This document shows, one piece after another, positions 55,914 to 64,000 of a stretch of 64,000 bases of DNA. Each line of letters begins with the position of its first letter. Position 1 is the stretch's first letter. The position numbers and the translations under genes were made by a program. The notes beneath the pieces are model-generated. The model saw only the letters and a list, made by a program, of their open reading frames with translations, searched no databases and was not told the DNA's origin. Source of the stretch: a virus; the IMG/VR virus record IMGVR_UViG_3300034280_000973, positions 5,774 through 69,773 of that record; one strand, 5' to 3'.

Positions 55914-56988
55914 TATTCAATATATCAGAAAGAATTTTGGCGGAATTAGCCCAAGTATACTGTTTTCCTGTTTCTATTCCCTTACTATTTATACCCAAAA
56001 GTCCGTCCTGTTTATTCTTGTGGTGCATTCGCATATATGAAATCATTTGATCTTTTGCTTCGTCTTTAATTTCCGCCCATCTTCCGTTGTTATGGAACCA
56101 TATTCCGTCGTATGCAGACTCTAAAGAGTCTATATTTAGTAGCGAGCAGTTTTCACTGGTACAATATTCAGTGTGTGCAGAATAATCAGTCGCTATAACA
56201 TGTTTACCTATTGCCATAAGTTCTAATAATTCTAGATTCCAACCTTCGGCATGAGACGGGAATACGCCAACATCAACCTTGGACATTATTCTGTATACAT
56301 CAGAATGATCATTTTGTCTAGGTATAAGCCTAATTTTTGAAGATAATTTTGACTTTCTGCATAAATCTATCCAGCTTTTTCCGCCATCTTGTAGAAAAAT
56401 ATTATCACACATAAGCCATAATTCTACATTATCATTCTCATTAAATGCTTTATTGAAGCATTCTATCAATATGTCGTGACCTTTTCTTATTTCCCATTTT
56501 CCGCAATTAAAAAATATAGTATTTTTAAGCGTAGATGGCCCGCACGGTTTAAAAACTTCTTCATCTATTCCTAGTGGAACTACGTGACAATCTTTTCCTG
56601 TCTGATCTTTTATTACTTGAGACCCCCATTTAGAGCATGTTATAAGTTCGTCGCAAAGCTTAAGGCTTGCTTTTTCTGTTTCATTAAATTTGTCTAATTC
56701 AAATATTGGAAAGCCGTAGTGATGGCCGCGAACAGGCATTCCGTGAACTTCATTCTGATGCCATATTTTTAATGATACGGTGTTATAAGGTTGATGCTTT
56801 GCAGATATATCAACGTTTTTATTTAAAAAATGTATGTTTATTACATCTTTTAATAGATCGTTATCTATATGACCTATATTATAAAAAAAGATATTATTCT
56901 TAAGCTTTAAAAGTTCTTGTATAAGATAATAAGATGTGTAACCATAGCTAAGTTTGTTTATAGGGCAGGTTATATGTATGTTTTTCAT
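55900..56988 (-). CDS. GT-B glycosyltransferase (GT4-like)
   Basis: GKWEIRKGHDIL, PSHAEGWNLELLE. Confidence 0.88.
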   Translation of the reverse strand: MKNIHITCPINKLSYGYTSYYLIQELLKLKNNIFFYNIGHIDNDLLKDVINIHFLNKNVDISAKHQPYNTVSLKIWHQNEVHGMPVRGHHYGFPIFELDKFNETEKASLKLCDELITCSKWGSQVIKDQTGKDCHVVPLGIDEEVFKPCGPSTLKNTIFFNCGKWEIRKGHDILIECFNKAFNENDNVELWLMCDNIFLQDGGKSWIDLCRKSKLSSKIRLIPRQNDHSDVYRIMSKVDVGVFPSHAEGWNLELLELMAIGKHVIATDYSAHTEYCTSENCSLLNIDSLESAYDGIWFHNNGRWAEIKDEAKDQMISYMRMHHKNKQDGLLGINSKGIETGKQYTWANSAKILSDILNNDDI

Positions 56989-57526
56989 TTTCAAAAAGTT
57001 CATTAAATATATTTAAAAATTCTTGTATTTCAAAATATGCAGATGTTAAATCGGTATAGTTTATAGCATTTTTATCTTTATATAAATTCATTTCATAATC
57101 TAAAGATTTTTTGTCATAATATTTAACAAAATCTTTATATTTATCAAATTTTATATTATATTTTAATGATATAGCATCTGTTATTTTCTTCTCTATATTA
57201 CTAAATTTTTTGCCTAAGTATGTTTTTATAGGCGTTATTATATCTCCACAATAAGCCTCGCTAAAATCGTGTGCAAAAACAGCTTTAAGCAGTTCTTTAT
57301 CTGTATTACCATCCTTTTTTGCCATTTCATAGCATAGAATAGAATGTTCCGCTACAGAATAAAATGCGTTACAATGACCGTTAAATCTACATATCTTAGA
57401 TAAAGAAATTGATATGTCTATGATATTAATATCATCAGGCTTAAGATTAAGTATATCTACTTTTTTACCGCCTAAAAATGTTAGGTATATGCTCTTTTTT
57501 TTATAGAATAGGTTTAATATTTTCAT
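56948..57526 (-). CDS. HD-domain 5'-deoxynucleotidase-like (YfbR/YfdR)
   Basis: ICRFNGH..YSVAEHS, HDFSEAYCGDI; start uncertain. Confidence 0.8.
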   Translation of the reverse strand: MKILNLFYKKKSIYLTFLGGKKVDILNLKPDDINIIDISISLSKICRFNGHCNAFYSVAEHSILCYEMAKKDGNTDKELLKAVFAHDFSEAYCGDIITPIKTYLGKKFSNIEKKITDAISLKYNIKFDKYKDFVKYYDKKSLDYEMNLYKDKNAINYTDLTSAYFEIQEFLNIFNELFENEKHTYNLPYKQT

Positions 57527-58415
57527 AAAATGTTTTTGCGAAATAGGAGCCTTTAAGATATTCTTTATTGAGGCCCGCAAGATATTCGTTCGCCTCAAGT
57601 ATTTTAGTTGAATGAAGAAGTTTTTCCACTGAAAATTCTGAGAAATCGCAGTAAAGAGGATAATTTTTGCCAAGATATTCTACTGCGGCAGGGTGTTTGT
57701 TGATTATAACTGGCGTATTTCTAATAATACATTCTATCAATGCGTTATTGGCTGAGCTATCATATAAATTCATTATGGCTACGCAGCCCGAAAGCATTTC
57801 ATCATAATCCAAGTTAGATAAATGTTCGGGAATAATTACACTATCCCTATTTTTTATTTCTATATTGCTTACTCTGGTTTCTATGTCTAGCAAATATTTT
57901 GAATAATTCTGGTTTGATGGTAGCCAGTATTTATCAATATCTGTTTTAAGTAAATATATTTGCGATAGTTTGCGTAACCAATATCCAAGCTGTACTATCT
58001 TAGGCTTATTTTTATACCTTCTATAGTTCCATTGGAGGTCAGCCGGGCCGGTCGGGTGCTTAAGCGAAATAACCGGAATTGTAACCTTCTGTTGAAGCCA
58101 ATCCGCGAGATAGTCAGATAGAACGATCAAGCCACGGCAATGCTTCAAAGACTGTTGAAATCGGGCAGTAGCAAGAATAGATTGTGGTGAATGCTGGTAA
58201 TCAAACCATCGCGGCATTTTATGCGGGTTGTGCAGAAATCCAATCCAAGGCTGTTTATATGGAGTAGAAAAATCAACATTCCAAGAGTGCGTTTTTTCTA
58301 TAAAGTCATCTAGTAGTATTCCATTTTGACTATGAAAGTCTTTTAAGAAACTCATGGCATAATGCCAGCCATATCTATGAACAGAAAATGCTGTCGGGCT
58401 TTTTATTGATATCAT
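57501..58415 (-). CDS. Glycosyltransferase-like protein
   Basis: HRYGW, WIGFLH, LGYWLR, SANNALIECI..NTP, EYLG..YPL. Confidence 0.6.
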   Translation of the reverse strand: MISIKSPTAFSVHRYGWHYAMSFLKDFHSQNGILLDDFIEKTHSWNVDFSTPYKQPWIGFLHNPHKMPRWFDYQHSPQSILATARFQQSLKHCRGLIVLSDYLADWLQQKVTIPVISLKHPTGPADLQWNYRRYKNKPKIVQLGYWLRKLSQIYLLKTDIDKYWLPSNQNYSKYLLDIETRVSNIEIKNRDSVIIPEHLSNLDYDEMLSGCVAIMNLYDSSANNALIECIIRNTPVIINKHPAAVEYLGKNYPLYCDFSEFSVEKLLHSTKILEANEYLAGLNKEYLKGSYFAKTFYENIKPIL

Positions 58416-59164
58416 TGAATAAAAGCACCTTTTGTTTTTGCTGTAAATATTCCGTACTGAAAATATACATTGTTGTATATATTAGGATAAGTATATTGGA
58501 ATACTTCTTGGTTTAAATTCTTTTGTGCAAATTCTACACCGGCATCTTCATAATCTAGATGAGAATTCGATGAATTATTTATATTAACTACAGTTTTTAG
58601 GCTTGAACTATATATAAAGCTTGAATAACTTAATAAAGAACTAAAAAATGCGTGATTGTAATAGTAGGACTTGCTTTTAATTTTATATGGCGTGTATCCA
58701 CCAACTGCATTATACGTCCTGCCATCAATAACTAAACCATGAAGACTTCTTAATTCTTCTACTGTGTTACATTTATAAGATAGAGTATTAGAATCAAAAT
58801 TAATCTTTCTGTAGAAGTATTCATAAAATTCGGAAACCTCACGGCTGCACCTAGTAATACGGGCATTTACATCCGAGAAAAAGCCGGACGCTTCTGGATG
58901 CAGTGTTTTTAGAGATAGTACGCGAGATAAATAGTTGCCCGGAATCATGCAGTTATTGTGCAAGAAAATTACAATAGCAGCTTCTGTTGATCTTGGTACT
59001 TCATTTATATCAACTGAATTTATAGAACATGATAGTTTTAAAGACTCGGACTGTTTATAAATATCGTTAACGTTGTAATAAGAAGTTTCTTCGTGAAAAG
59101 ATGTTTCATTTTCGTGACCAGATTTAAGTATAAAAATATCTGCTGTTTTCATATTATATGACAA
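58412..59164 (-). CDS. Hypothetical protein (degenerate GT2-like)
   Basis: IVIFLHNN, YNAVGGY. Confidence 0.45.
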   Translation of the reverse strand: MSYNMKTADIFILKSGHENETSFHEETSYYNVNDIYKQSESLKLSCSINSVDINEVPRSTEAAIVIFLHNNCMIPGNYLSRVLSLKTLHPEASGFFSDVNARITRCSREVSEFYEYFYRKINFDSNTLSYKCNTVEELRSLHGLVIDGRTYNAVGGYTPYKIKSKSYYYNHAFFSSLLSYSSFIYSSSLKTVVNINNSSNSHLDYEDAGVEFAQKNLNQEVFQYTYPNIYNNVYFQYGIFTAKTKGAFIQ

Positions 59165-59388
59165 GAATTCGGAGTAAGGGTGATGGTATGGAATTTTATT
59201 CCGTTTATTTTTAAAGTTATTGTTATAGCATCTAATAACTCTAAATCTTCTATTTTTCTTTTTAACTCTTCATAATCTTCTTCATCGAAAACAACCTTGA
59301 ACAAGTTTTCTTCATTAATTATTTTTACATTATTAAAATATGTGCTAAATAATCCATATATTATATTTATCTCTCTATCTGTATACAT
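59149..59388 (-). CDS. Hypothetical protein
   Basis: ORF in operon. Confidence 0.5.
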   Translation of the reverse strand: MYTDREINIIYGLFSTYFNNVKIINEENLFKVVFDEEDYEELKRKIEDLELLDAITITLKINGIKFHTITLTPNSCHII

Positions 59389-59845
59389 CTGTAATTAATT
59401 CCTCTGTTGATTTATATACTTTTTCCGAAAGCTTGTTTTGTATAATAAGCTTAGCCTGTACAGGAGAGTGGCCAAGATCGATCAGTGCGGACACTGCTTC
59501 TGAAACAATGAGCTTCTGCTTGTTATCGTTTGGAGCAGTATTTTTCTTGGCCGTGTTTTGCTTTTTAGGTTTTGGTTTTTGATGCTTTTTCTTATTGCCA
59601 TCACTAAGTTTGTCTGAATCAAAAAAATTCTTTGTCAGCCATTCTCTGGCTCTCCAATCACCATCTAAAGCACGAATATAAGTATTCCTAAGCATAAGCT
59701 GCTCTGGTGTAACATATTTTACTGGCTCATGCTTGTGTATGAATTGCTCTGTCTTTCTGTCTTTCATTTGATCCAAAACATACAGAACTGCCACAAAAGG
59801 ACAAAGAATAACTAAAGAAATAATTATTTCCACAATAACCTCCAT
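59375..59845 (-). CDS. Membrane-anchored protein with RuvA C-terminal-like domain
   Basis: N-terminal TM; EAVSALIDLGHSPVQAK...STEELI. Confidence 0.65.
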   Translation of the reverse strand: MEVIVEIIISLVILCPFVAVLYVLDQMKDRKTEQFIHKHEPVKYVTPEQLMLRNTYIRALDGDWRAREWLTKNFFDSDKLSDGNKKKHQKPKPKKQNTAKKNTAPNDNKQKLIVSEAVSALIDLGHSPVQAKLIIQNKLSEKVYKSTEELITDVYR

Positions 59846-59878
59846 AAAAAAATAAAGCCAGAGATTTGTTCTCTGGCT
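59846..59878 (-). terminator. Rho-independent terminator after rsr
   Basis: AGCCAGAGA-acaaa-TCTCTGGCT then U-rich tract. Confidence 0.8.
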
Positions 59879-59906
59879 ATTTTAACGCGAAATCTGCATT
59901 TGTCAA
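59879..59906 (-). promoter_or_regulatory. Promoter TTGACA-N16-TAAAAT overlapping rsr stop
   Basis: TTGACAaatgcagatttcgcgtTAAAAT. Confidence 0.7.
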
Positions 59907-61477
59907 GAGCGTGCGAACGAAGAAATCGCAGAAGTAATTTCAGGAGAAAATCCGGCAATATCTAGCATGTTAGGATTCTTAGGGTCTGCAATACTAAAGT
60001 TATTTACAGCAAGCCCGCAAACAATCATCTTTGACTTAGGAAAGTTAGATTTAAGTTCGGACGAAACGTGATAACCCGAATTAACTTCGTTGTCTGTAAT
60101 AATTATGAAACAGTCAACATCCATTTTGTTTTTCTTTGCATAAGAAAGAACTGCGGAAGGATTAGTCGATCCGAAATTATTCTTAAGGCATTTTTCGGTT
60201 GCAGATTTCAAAGTATCGTTACTAGATATTTTTAAATCTACAAAACCGCTCGCAAAACCGCCAACGAATGTCCAAGGCTCTGTGCGCACATGAGCCATCG
60301 CTAGAACGGCTGCAACCTCGCAGAACCGCAATGGCGTATCGTTAAACTGGGAACTCATCGAACCCGAGACATCAATTCCGTACATATAATTCTTGTTGGT
60401 TGGCTCGATAGCGTCAAAAGCATTATAGAAAGCATTTTCTAATGCATCCAAAATATTTCTGTCTGTATTCCAAGTAAGTGAGCCTTTCATTCCTCTGCCT
60501 TGTCCGTAAATTCTATTTGCGACTAGGATAGAAAGTGGATGAATGCGTTGAGACTTGAGCCATTCCTTATCATTTAGTCTGCCGACAATATACTTTGTTG
60601 ATTTAGACAGTGGCGAGATAAGCCCGCTAGCAGTCATTACCGAAAGACTTCTGATAAGTGCCGTAGCGTTCATATGCGGAAGCAAAGCTTCTTGAATCTC
60701 AGGCTTATTCAAAAATTCAGTAGGAATATGTTCTCTCTGTAGTTTATACTTCGAGATATGACCTACTAATTCTTTAGCGTTTTTGATGTGTTTTGCGTCA
60801 TCAACTGCTTTGCACAAAATGAGTCCTTCATCGGAAGGTTTTAGGTTGGAAGTATCCAAACTGCCCATAGCCCACTTAGCAATCTTGTTCATATTGGTAG
60901 TCTTACCAAACTTTGGGTGAGTTAGGCAAAATACATCCTTATGAGACCAGCCATCACGCTGCTGATACTTAGAAACTTGATATGCAAAAGACTTAGTATC
61001 TTTTGATATGTACCAATTGTTAATCGCTTGACGTACAAGCTTGCCAAAACCACGCATTTCTTTAATAAATGCACAAAACATAAACAAGTGAGTGGCAGTT
61101 CGTACAACCTTGCTAAATTCTGTAACGGCCCTAGTTTTAATAGAGTTATCTCCATGAAGAAAAACTAATGCAAGTGCATAAATAGCATGATCGTTCTTAT
61201 GTGCAAGACCCTTGCTAGAAACCTCAACGATTCTATCTAATGTTTCGTTAGGAGCAGACTGAACGCACGAAACAATGTTCTCAGTATTGGTGTACTGTAC
61301 TTTTTCTTTCGACATATAATAAGTACCGGAAGTAGCTCCAAGACTTAAAAATCTGTCAAGCATTTGAAGATCGTCAATCTTGAAAGCGTAACCGCCGCCG
61401 TTGGTTTGAACCATTTCTTTACGGCCAACGATAGGATTTTGAACAGAAGTTTTTTGATTCAGGTACTTAAAAGTCAT
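59903..61477 (-). CDS. rsr: Ro60 / TROVE-vWA RNA-binding protein
   Basis: GGGYAF, RFLSLG..GTYY, KYQQRDGWSHKD, IHP, IDVSGSM, IITDNE, MLDIAGF. Confidence 0.95.
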   Translation of the reverse strand: MTFKYLNQKTSVQNPIVGRKEMVQTNGGGYAFKIDDLQMLDRFLSLGATSGTYYMSKEKVQYTNTENIVSCVQSAPNETLDRIVEVSSKGLAHKNDHAIYALALVFLHGDNSIKTRAVTEFSKVVRTATHLFMFCAFIKEMRGFGKLVRQAINNWYISKDTKSFAYQVSKYQQRDGWSHKDVFCLTHPKFGKTTNMNKIAKWAMGSLDTSNLKPSDEGLILCKAVDDAKHIKNAKELVGHISKYKLQREHIPTEFLNKPEIQEALLPHMNATALIRSLSVMTASGLISPLSKSTKYIVGRLNDKEWLKSQRIHPLSILVANRIYGQGRGMKGSLTWNTDRNILDALENAFYNAFDAIEPTNKNYMYGIDVSGSMSSQFNDTPLRFCEVAAVLAMAHVRTEPWTFVGGFASGFVDLKISSNDTLKSATEKCLKNNFGSTNPSAVLSYAKKNKMDVDCFIIITDNEVNSGYHVSSELKSNFPKSKMIVCGLAVNNFSIADPKNPNMLDIAGFSPEITSAISSFARS

Positions 61478-61503
61478 AATATTTCTCCAATAAATAAAAG
61501 TAG

Positions 61504-61620
61504 CCCGCCTACTAGGAATCGAACCTAGACCGCTTTATTACCAAAAAGTTAATCAAACATCAAACGTACATAGTAAAAAACAATGCTTGAGTTATTGTGC
61601 TACCATTACAACATAGGCGG
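61504..61620 (-). ncRNA. Y RNA (YrlA-like tRNA mimic) 1
   Basis: CCGCCTA/TAGGCGG acceptor, CTAGG-TTCGATT-CCTAG T arm, inserted helix TCAAGCAT/ATGTTTGA. Confidence 0.85.
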
Positions 61621-61623
61621 AAG

Positions 61624-61741
61624 CTGTGAGAGTAGGAATCGAACCTACGCAACGCCATTAGCAATTGGTTAATCTTGTATTATCGTACATAGTAAAAACT
61701 ATACAAGAGTTTTACGTGCTCTACCATTAAGCTATCTCACA
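61624..61741 (-). ncRNA. Y RNA (YrlA-like tRNA mimic) 2
   Basis: TGTGAGA/TCTCACA acceptor, D and T arms, inserted helix TCTTGTAT/ATACAAGA. Confidence 0.88.
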
Positions 61742-61744
61742 ATA

Positions 61745-61810
61745 AAAACGGGCAAAAAGTTGAAAAAGAGTTTAGTTTCAAAGTTAATCTTTTTCATTCA
61801 TCCCTGTTTT
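61745..61810 (-). ncRNA. Minimal Y-RNA-like hairpin (no tRNA domain)
   Basis: TGAAAAAGA-TTAAC...AAAC-TCTTTTTCA, same motif as the two YrlA copies in permuted order. Confidence 0.7.
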
Positions 61811-61815
61811 GTTTT

Positions 61816-61843
61816 ATTATAGTTCACAGATTTGATTTGTCAA
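61816..61843 (-). promoter_or_regulatory. Promoter TTGACA-N16-TATAAT for Y RNA-rsr unit
   Basis: TTGACAaatcaaatctgtgaacTATAAT. Confidence 0.85.
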
Positions 61844-62073
61844 CTATTTTTTTCTTCGTTTTCAGGAATTGTTTTACGTTCTTCAAGCAATTCCATTTTA
61901 TATTTTCTTAGTATAGTTTTAGGAGCAGACAACTTTTCAGTTTCCTTTGCAAGTTTTCCTAAAACATATTTTAACCTGTTGTCTTCTCGAATTTTCTGCC
62001 GTCTTTTTAAAACTTTTTGATATACAGATTTTTCCCGAAGCTTTTTCTTTTTAGTTTTATGTTTTGTTAGCAT
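61840..62073 (-). CDS. Basic hypothetical protein
   Basis: ORF, K/R-rich. Confidence 0.5.
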   Translation of the reverse strand: MLTKHKTKKKKLREKSVYQKVLKRRQKIREDNRLKYVLGKLAKETEKLSAPKTILRKYKMELLEERKTIPENEEKNS

Positions 62074-62305
62074 AGCCCTTCATCTTGTTTCTTAGTAATT
62101 TTCTTTGTATATCAAACTTAAACATAGATATTTCATATCTTGAATAAGGCAGATTACAGTTCTTAGCAAACTTTATACATTCTTTAAGTTTATGTATTTT
62201 TCTGTCTAATCTAGATAATCTTTCTCTGTCTCTTTTGCTTACTTTTGGTCGATTTGGCGGACTTGAACCGCTACTTTGATGGATTCCCACCATGTTCTGC
62301 ACCAC
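62057..62305 (-). CDS. Basic hypothetical protein
   Basis: ORF. Confidence 0.5.
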   Translation of the reverse strand: MVQNMVGIHQSSGSSPPNRPKVSKRDRERLSRLDRKIHKLKECIKFAKNCNLPYSRYEISMFKFDIQRKLLRNKMKGYANKT

Positions 62306-62310
62306 TTAAA

Positions 62311-62529
62311 CTATCTATCGATTAAAGTAAAAGTTCCTTTTTGCATCCTTCTTCGTAGAGTTTTTTTAGCCAATAATCTAGCTCTATCAACACCCTGACG
62401 AATCAAATTTCTGACTTGGCCTCCAGCTTCAGTATTTACATACAGACTATATAAAGATCTACCAGACCTAATACCGTGAGCAAAAGTATAAATATCTGAA
62501 TCTCTAATCAATGCCCAATCAATCTTCAT
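62311..62529 (-). CDS. Hypothetical protein
   Basis: GAGG SD. Confidence 0.6.
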   Translation of the reverse strand: MKIDWALIRDSDIYTFAHGIRSGRSLYSLYVNTEAGGQVRNLIRQGVDRARLLAKKTLRRRMQKGTFTLIDR

Positions 62530-63179
62530 AATTTCCTCGTTAAAATATTACTTGTTAAATTTTTCCAGCAATGAACTGTATTTTTTGGCGAAATAACATT
62601 CGTATCGCAATAAGAAATATATTCATTGTATTTTACAAATTTTTGTGCTCTAAAATTACTAGGCACTTCTACACAACAAGGCATGTTAATCATGTCAAAT
62701 GTTGTTTCTTCTCCGAATAAACTTCCTAGTTTTGTTACCGACGACTTTATTTTAGCATGGGAATGGGGAAACACAACCAGAAATTTCTGAAAATTCTTAA
62801 GTTTATCAGAATCAATTTTTGCGTCCTCAATTGTGGAATTGATACATTCTAGCCTGCGGATATTTTGTCCTACAGACGCTTTGTATGAACTGTACTTATT
62901 GAACCATTCAATATCAAGTTGTGGATCTATAGATATACATGTCCATTTTGTCATATGTGCAAATATAGATGCAGTTCTAGGAAATTTTCCATCTCCAATT
63001 ACAATAACTAGCCTTTCCTCGTTTGAATCAAGCTTCATCATGTCTATAGCTGCTTTATAGCACCCAATACTTTCAGTAAGCTCTTTATGTATTTTTGCAG
63101 TTCTCTTGTAATTATTAAAAAACTGCAATACATCTACGTGGCAAGCTAGATTATAAAATTCGTCGAGATAGCTATTCAT
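62526..63179 (-). CDS. SAM-dependent methyltransferase-like protein
   Basis: IVIGDGKFPRTA...SIDP, HSHA, MPCC. Confidence 0.55.
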   Translation of the reverse strand: MNSYLDEFYNLACHVDVLQFFNNYKRTAKIHKELTESIGCYKAAIDMMKLDSNEERLVIVIGDGKFPRTASIFAHMTKWTCISIDPQLDIEWFNKYSSYKASVGQNIRRLECINSTIEDAKIDSDKLKNFQKFLVVFPHSHAKIKSSVTKLGSLFGEETTFDMINMPCCVEVPSNFRAQKFVKYNEYISYCDTNVISPKNTVHCWKNLTSNILTRKL

Positions 63180-63618
63180 CGATTTTTACTCCGAACGGGG
63201 TTCCATCGTCGCCGAAAAGAAGTTCGGAAAAAGCATCGGCAAAATCCATCGGCTCGCCCGAAATGTTCATCACCCATGAATCGCGATATTCGAGTATCCG
63301 AAAGGCACTATCTGGCGTGTCGTCCTTGTGCCTTACCCACCGATCCCGATGAGGCCTGTATTCTTCCGCATTGGCAAACTGTCGATACTCCGGCCCGATC
63401 TTGCGGAGAACAACAGCCCAGCCGAGACTAGGCTCCTTATACACCCATTGCCTCACAGATCTATCGTTCATCAATCGCCATTCTCCGGGTAGAACTGGCC
63501 CGATCCTTACCAGTCTCCATCCGTCAGGCAATCCGGGTATTTCAACAAAACCTTTTTCTGTGTACATGTTATTGCTCCTCTTTGAATTCATAAAAATACA
63601 TTTCCTCGTCAGACTCAC
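63172..63618 (-). CDS. Hypothetical protein, GC-richer than flanks
   Basis: Start likely MYTEKG (GAGGAG SD). Confidence 0.6.
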   Translation of the reverse strand: MSLTRKCIFMNSKRSNNMYTEKGFVEIPGLPDGWRLVRIGPVLPGEWRLMNDRSVRQWVYKEPSLGWAVVLRKIGPEYRQFANAEEYRPHRDRWVRHKDDTPDSAFRILEYRDSWVMNISGEPMDFADAFSELLFGDDGTPFGVKIDE

Positions 63619-64000
63619 TAACCCATTTTGATCCAGTATTTTCGCAGCTAAATTCTAATCCAAAAACTTTCCAATCTGGTTTTGTTTTCATTTTTTTGGA
63701 TATGTAAGCACCACCATCAAGCCAGAAAACACGGTTATTTGGCTGAATATAGTATTGCCCGTCAGCTTCGAAAACATGTCCGCATTTGTGGCCACCGGCC
63801 ATTTCTGCATATCCTGAATTATACTGCGGCCCGAGGCACCAGTCAAGTGTAAACATGTATTTTCCGCGAACTTTTTTCTTGTTCTTTAGAATAATATCTG
63901 CGGCTCTATTTTTAGTATATTCAACGATAGAACAACTAACGTAGTAACTATATGAATCCCATAGTTGTATCCAGTCGAGCGGATTATCTCCGCCACCTTT
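63569..64000 (-). CDS. Phage hypothetical protein (5' end beyond window)
   Basis: Frame open to the window edge: ...QLWDSYSY...GKYMFTLDW...HKCGH...QPNNR. Confidence 0.7.
   Translation of the reverse strand, partial: KGGGDNPLDWIQLWDSYSYYVSCSIVEYTKNRAADIILKNKKKVRGKYMFTLDWCLGPQYNSGYAEMAGGHKCGHVFEADGQYYIQPNNRVFWLDGGAYISKKMKTKPDWKVFGLEFSCENTGSKWVSESDEEMYFYEFKEEQ

Noticed and set aside
56948-57526. DatZ / 2-aminoadenine DNA pathway
   Set aside because: The HD family is related, but no purZ is in the window.
61504-61741. Intron-containing tRNAs or tmRNA
   Set aside because: No anticodon is recoverable, the inserts are too short for group I introns or a tag ORF, and adjacency to rsr fits Y RNA.
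1592-63631. Numerous plus-strand ORFs in the track (e.g. 1592-1939, 31844-32287, 34700-35275)
   Set aside because: Antisense shadows of well-supported minus-strand genes or RNAs with no motifs; only the two LAGLIDADG ORFs are credible.
1-64000. CRISPR array or Cas genes
   Set aside because: No regularly spaced repeats or cas motifs seen by eye; the repeats near 61.5-61.8 kb are explained by Y RNAs.
1-64000. Stop-codon recoding
   Set aside because: Conserved genes are full length in the standard code, and TAA, TAG and TGA all end genes.

Overview
This window is a gene-dense, AT-rich segment of a large dsDNA tailed phage. It uses the standard code and almost all genes are on the minus strand. 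It carries replication and recombination genes (DnaB, SSB, RecA with an Ala1 class-3 intein) and nucleotide metabolism genes (ThyA, DHFR, dUTPase, PhoH, class II RNR). It also has a sigma factor, glycosyltransferases, a possible envelope/lysis block and about 70 small hypothetical genes. Highlights: (1) nrdJ is fractured by a naturally split intein plus a GIY-YIG gene, and also carries a full intein at the catalytic NP|CxEI cysteine that ends in Arg instead of Asn/Gln/Asp. (2) A Ro60 (rsr) gene is preceded by three Y-RNA-like ncRNAs, two with tRNA shape and one minimal. (3) A dispersed RNA-repair and NAD-recovery kit is present (PNK-like, phosphoesterases, Thg1, RNA ligase + RlaP-like NTase, cREC, NADAR, NAMPT-like + PRS-like). 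(4) A cluster of non-canonical tRNA-like RNAs lies at 34.4-35.5 kb. (5) An antisense LAGLIDADG gene appears to have replaced the 3' end of the prs-like gene and left the old end orphaned. (6) Sigma70-type promoters recurrently have a 16-bp spacer. All family calls are from motif recognition by eye, with no database searches, and the host is unknown.
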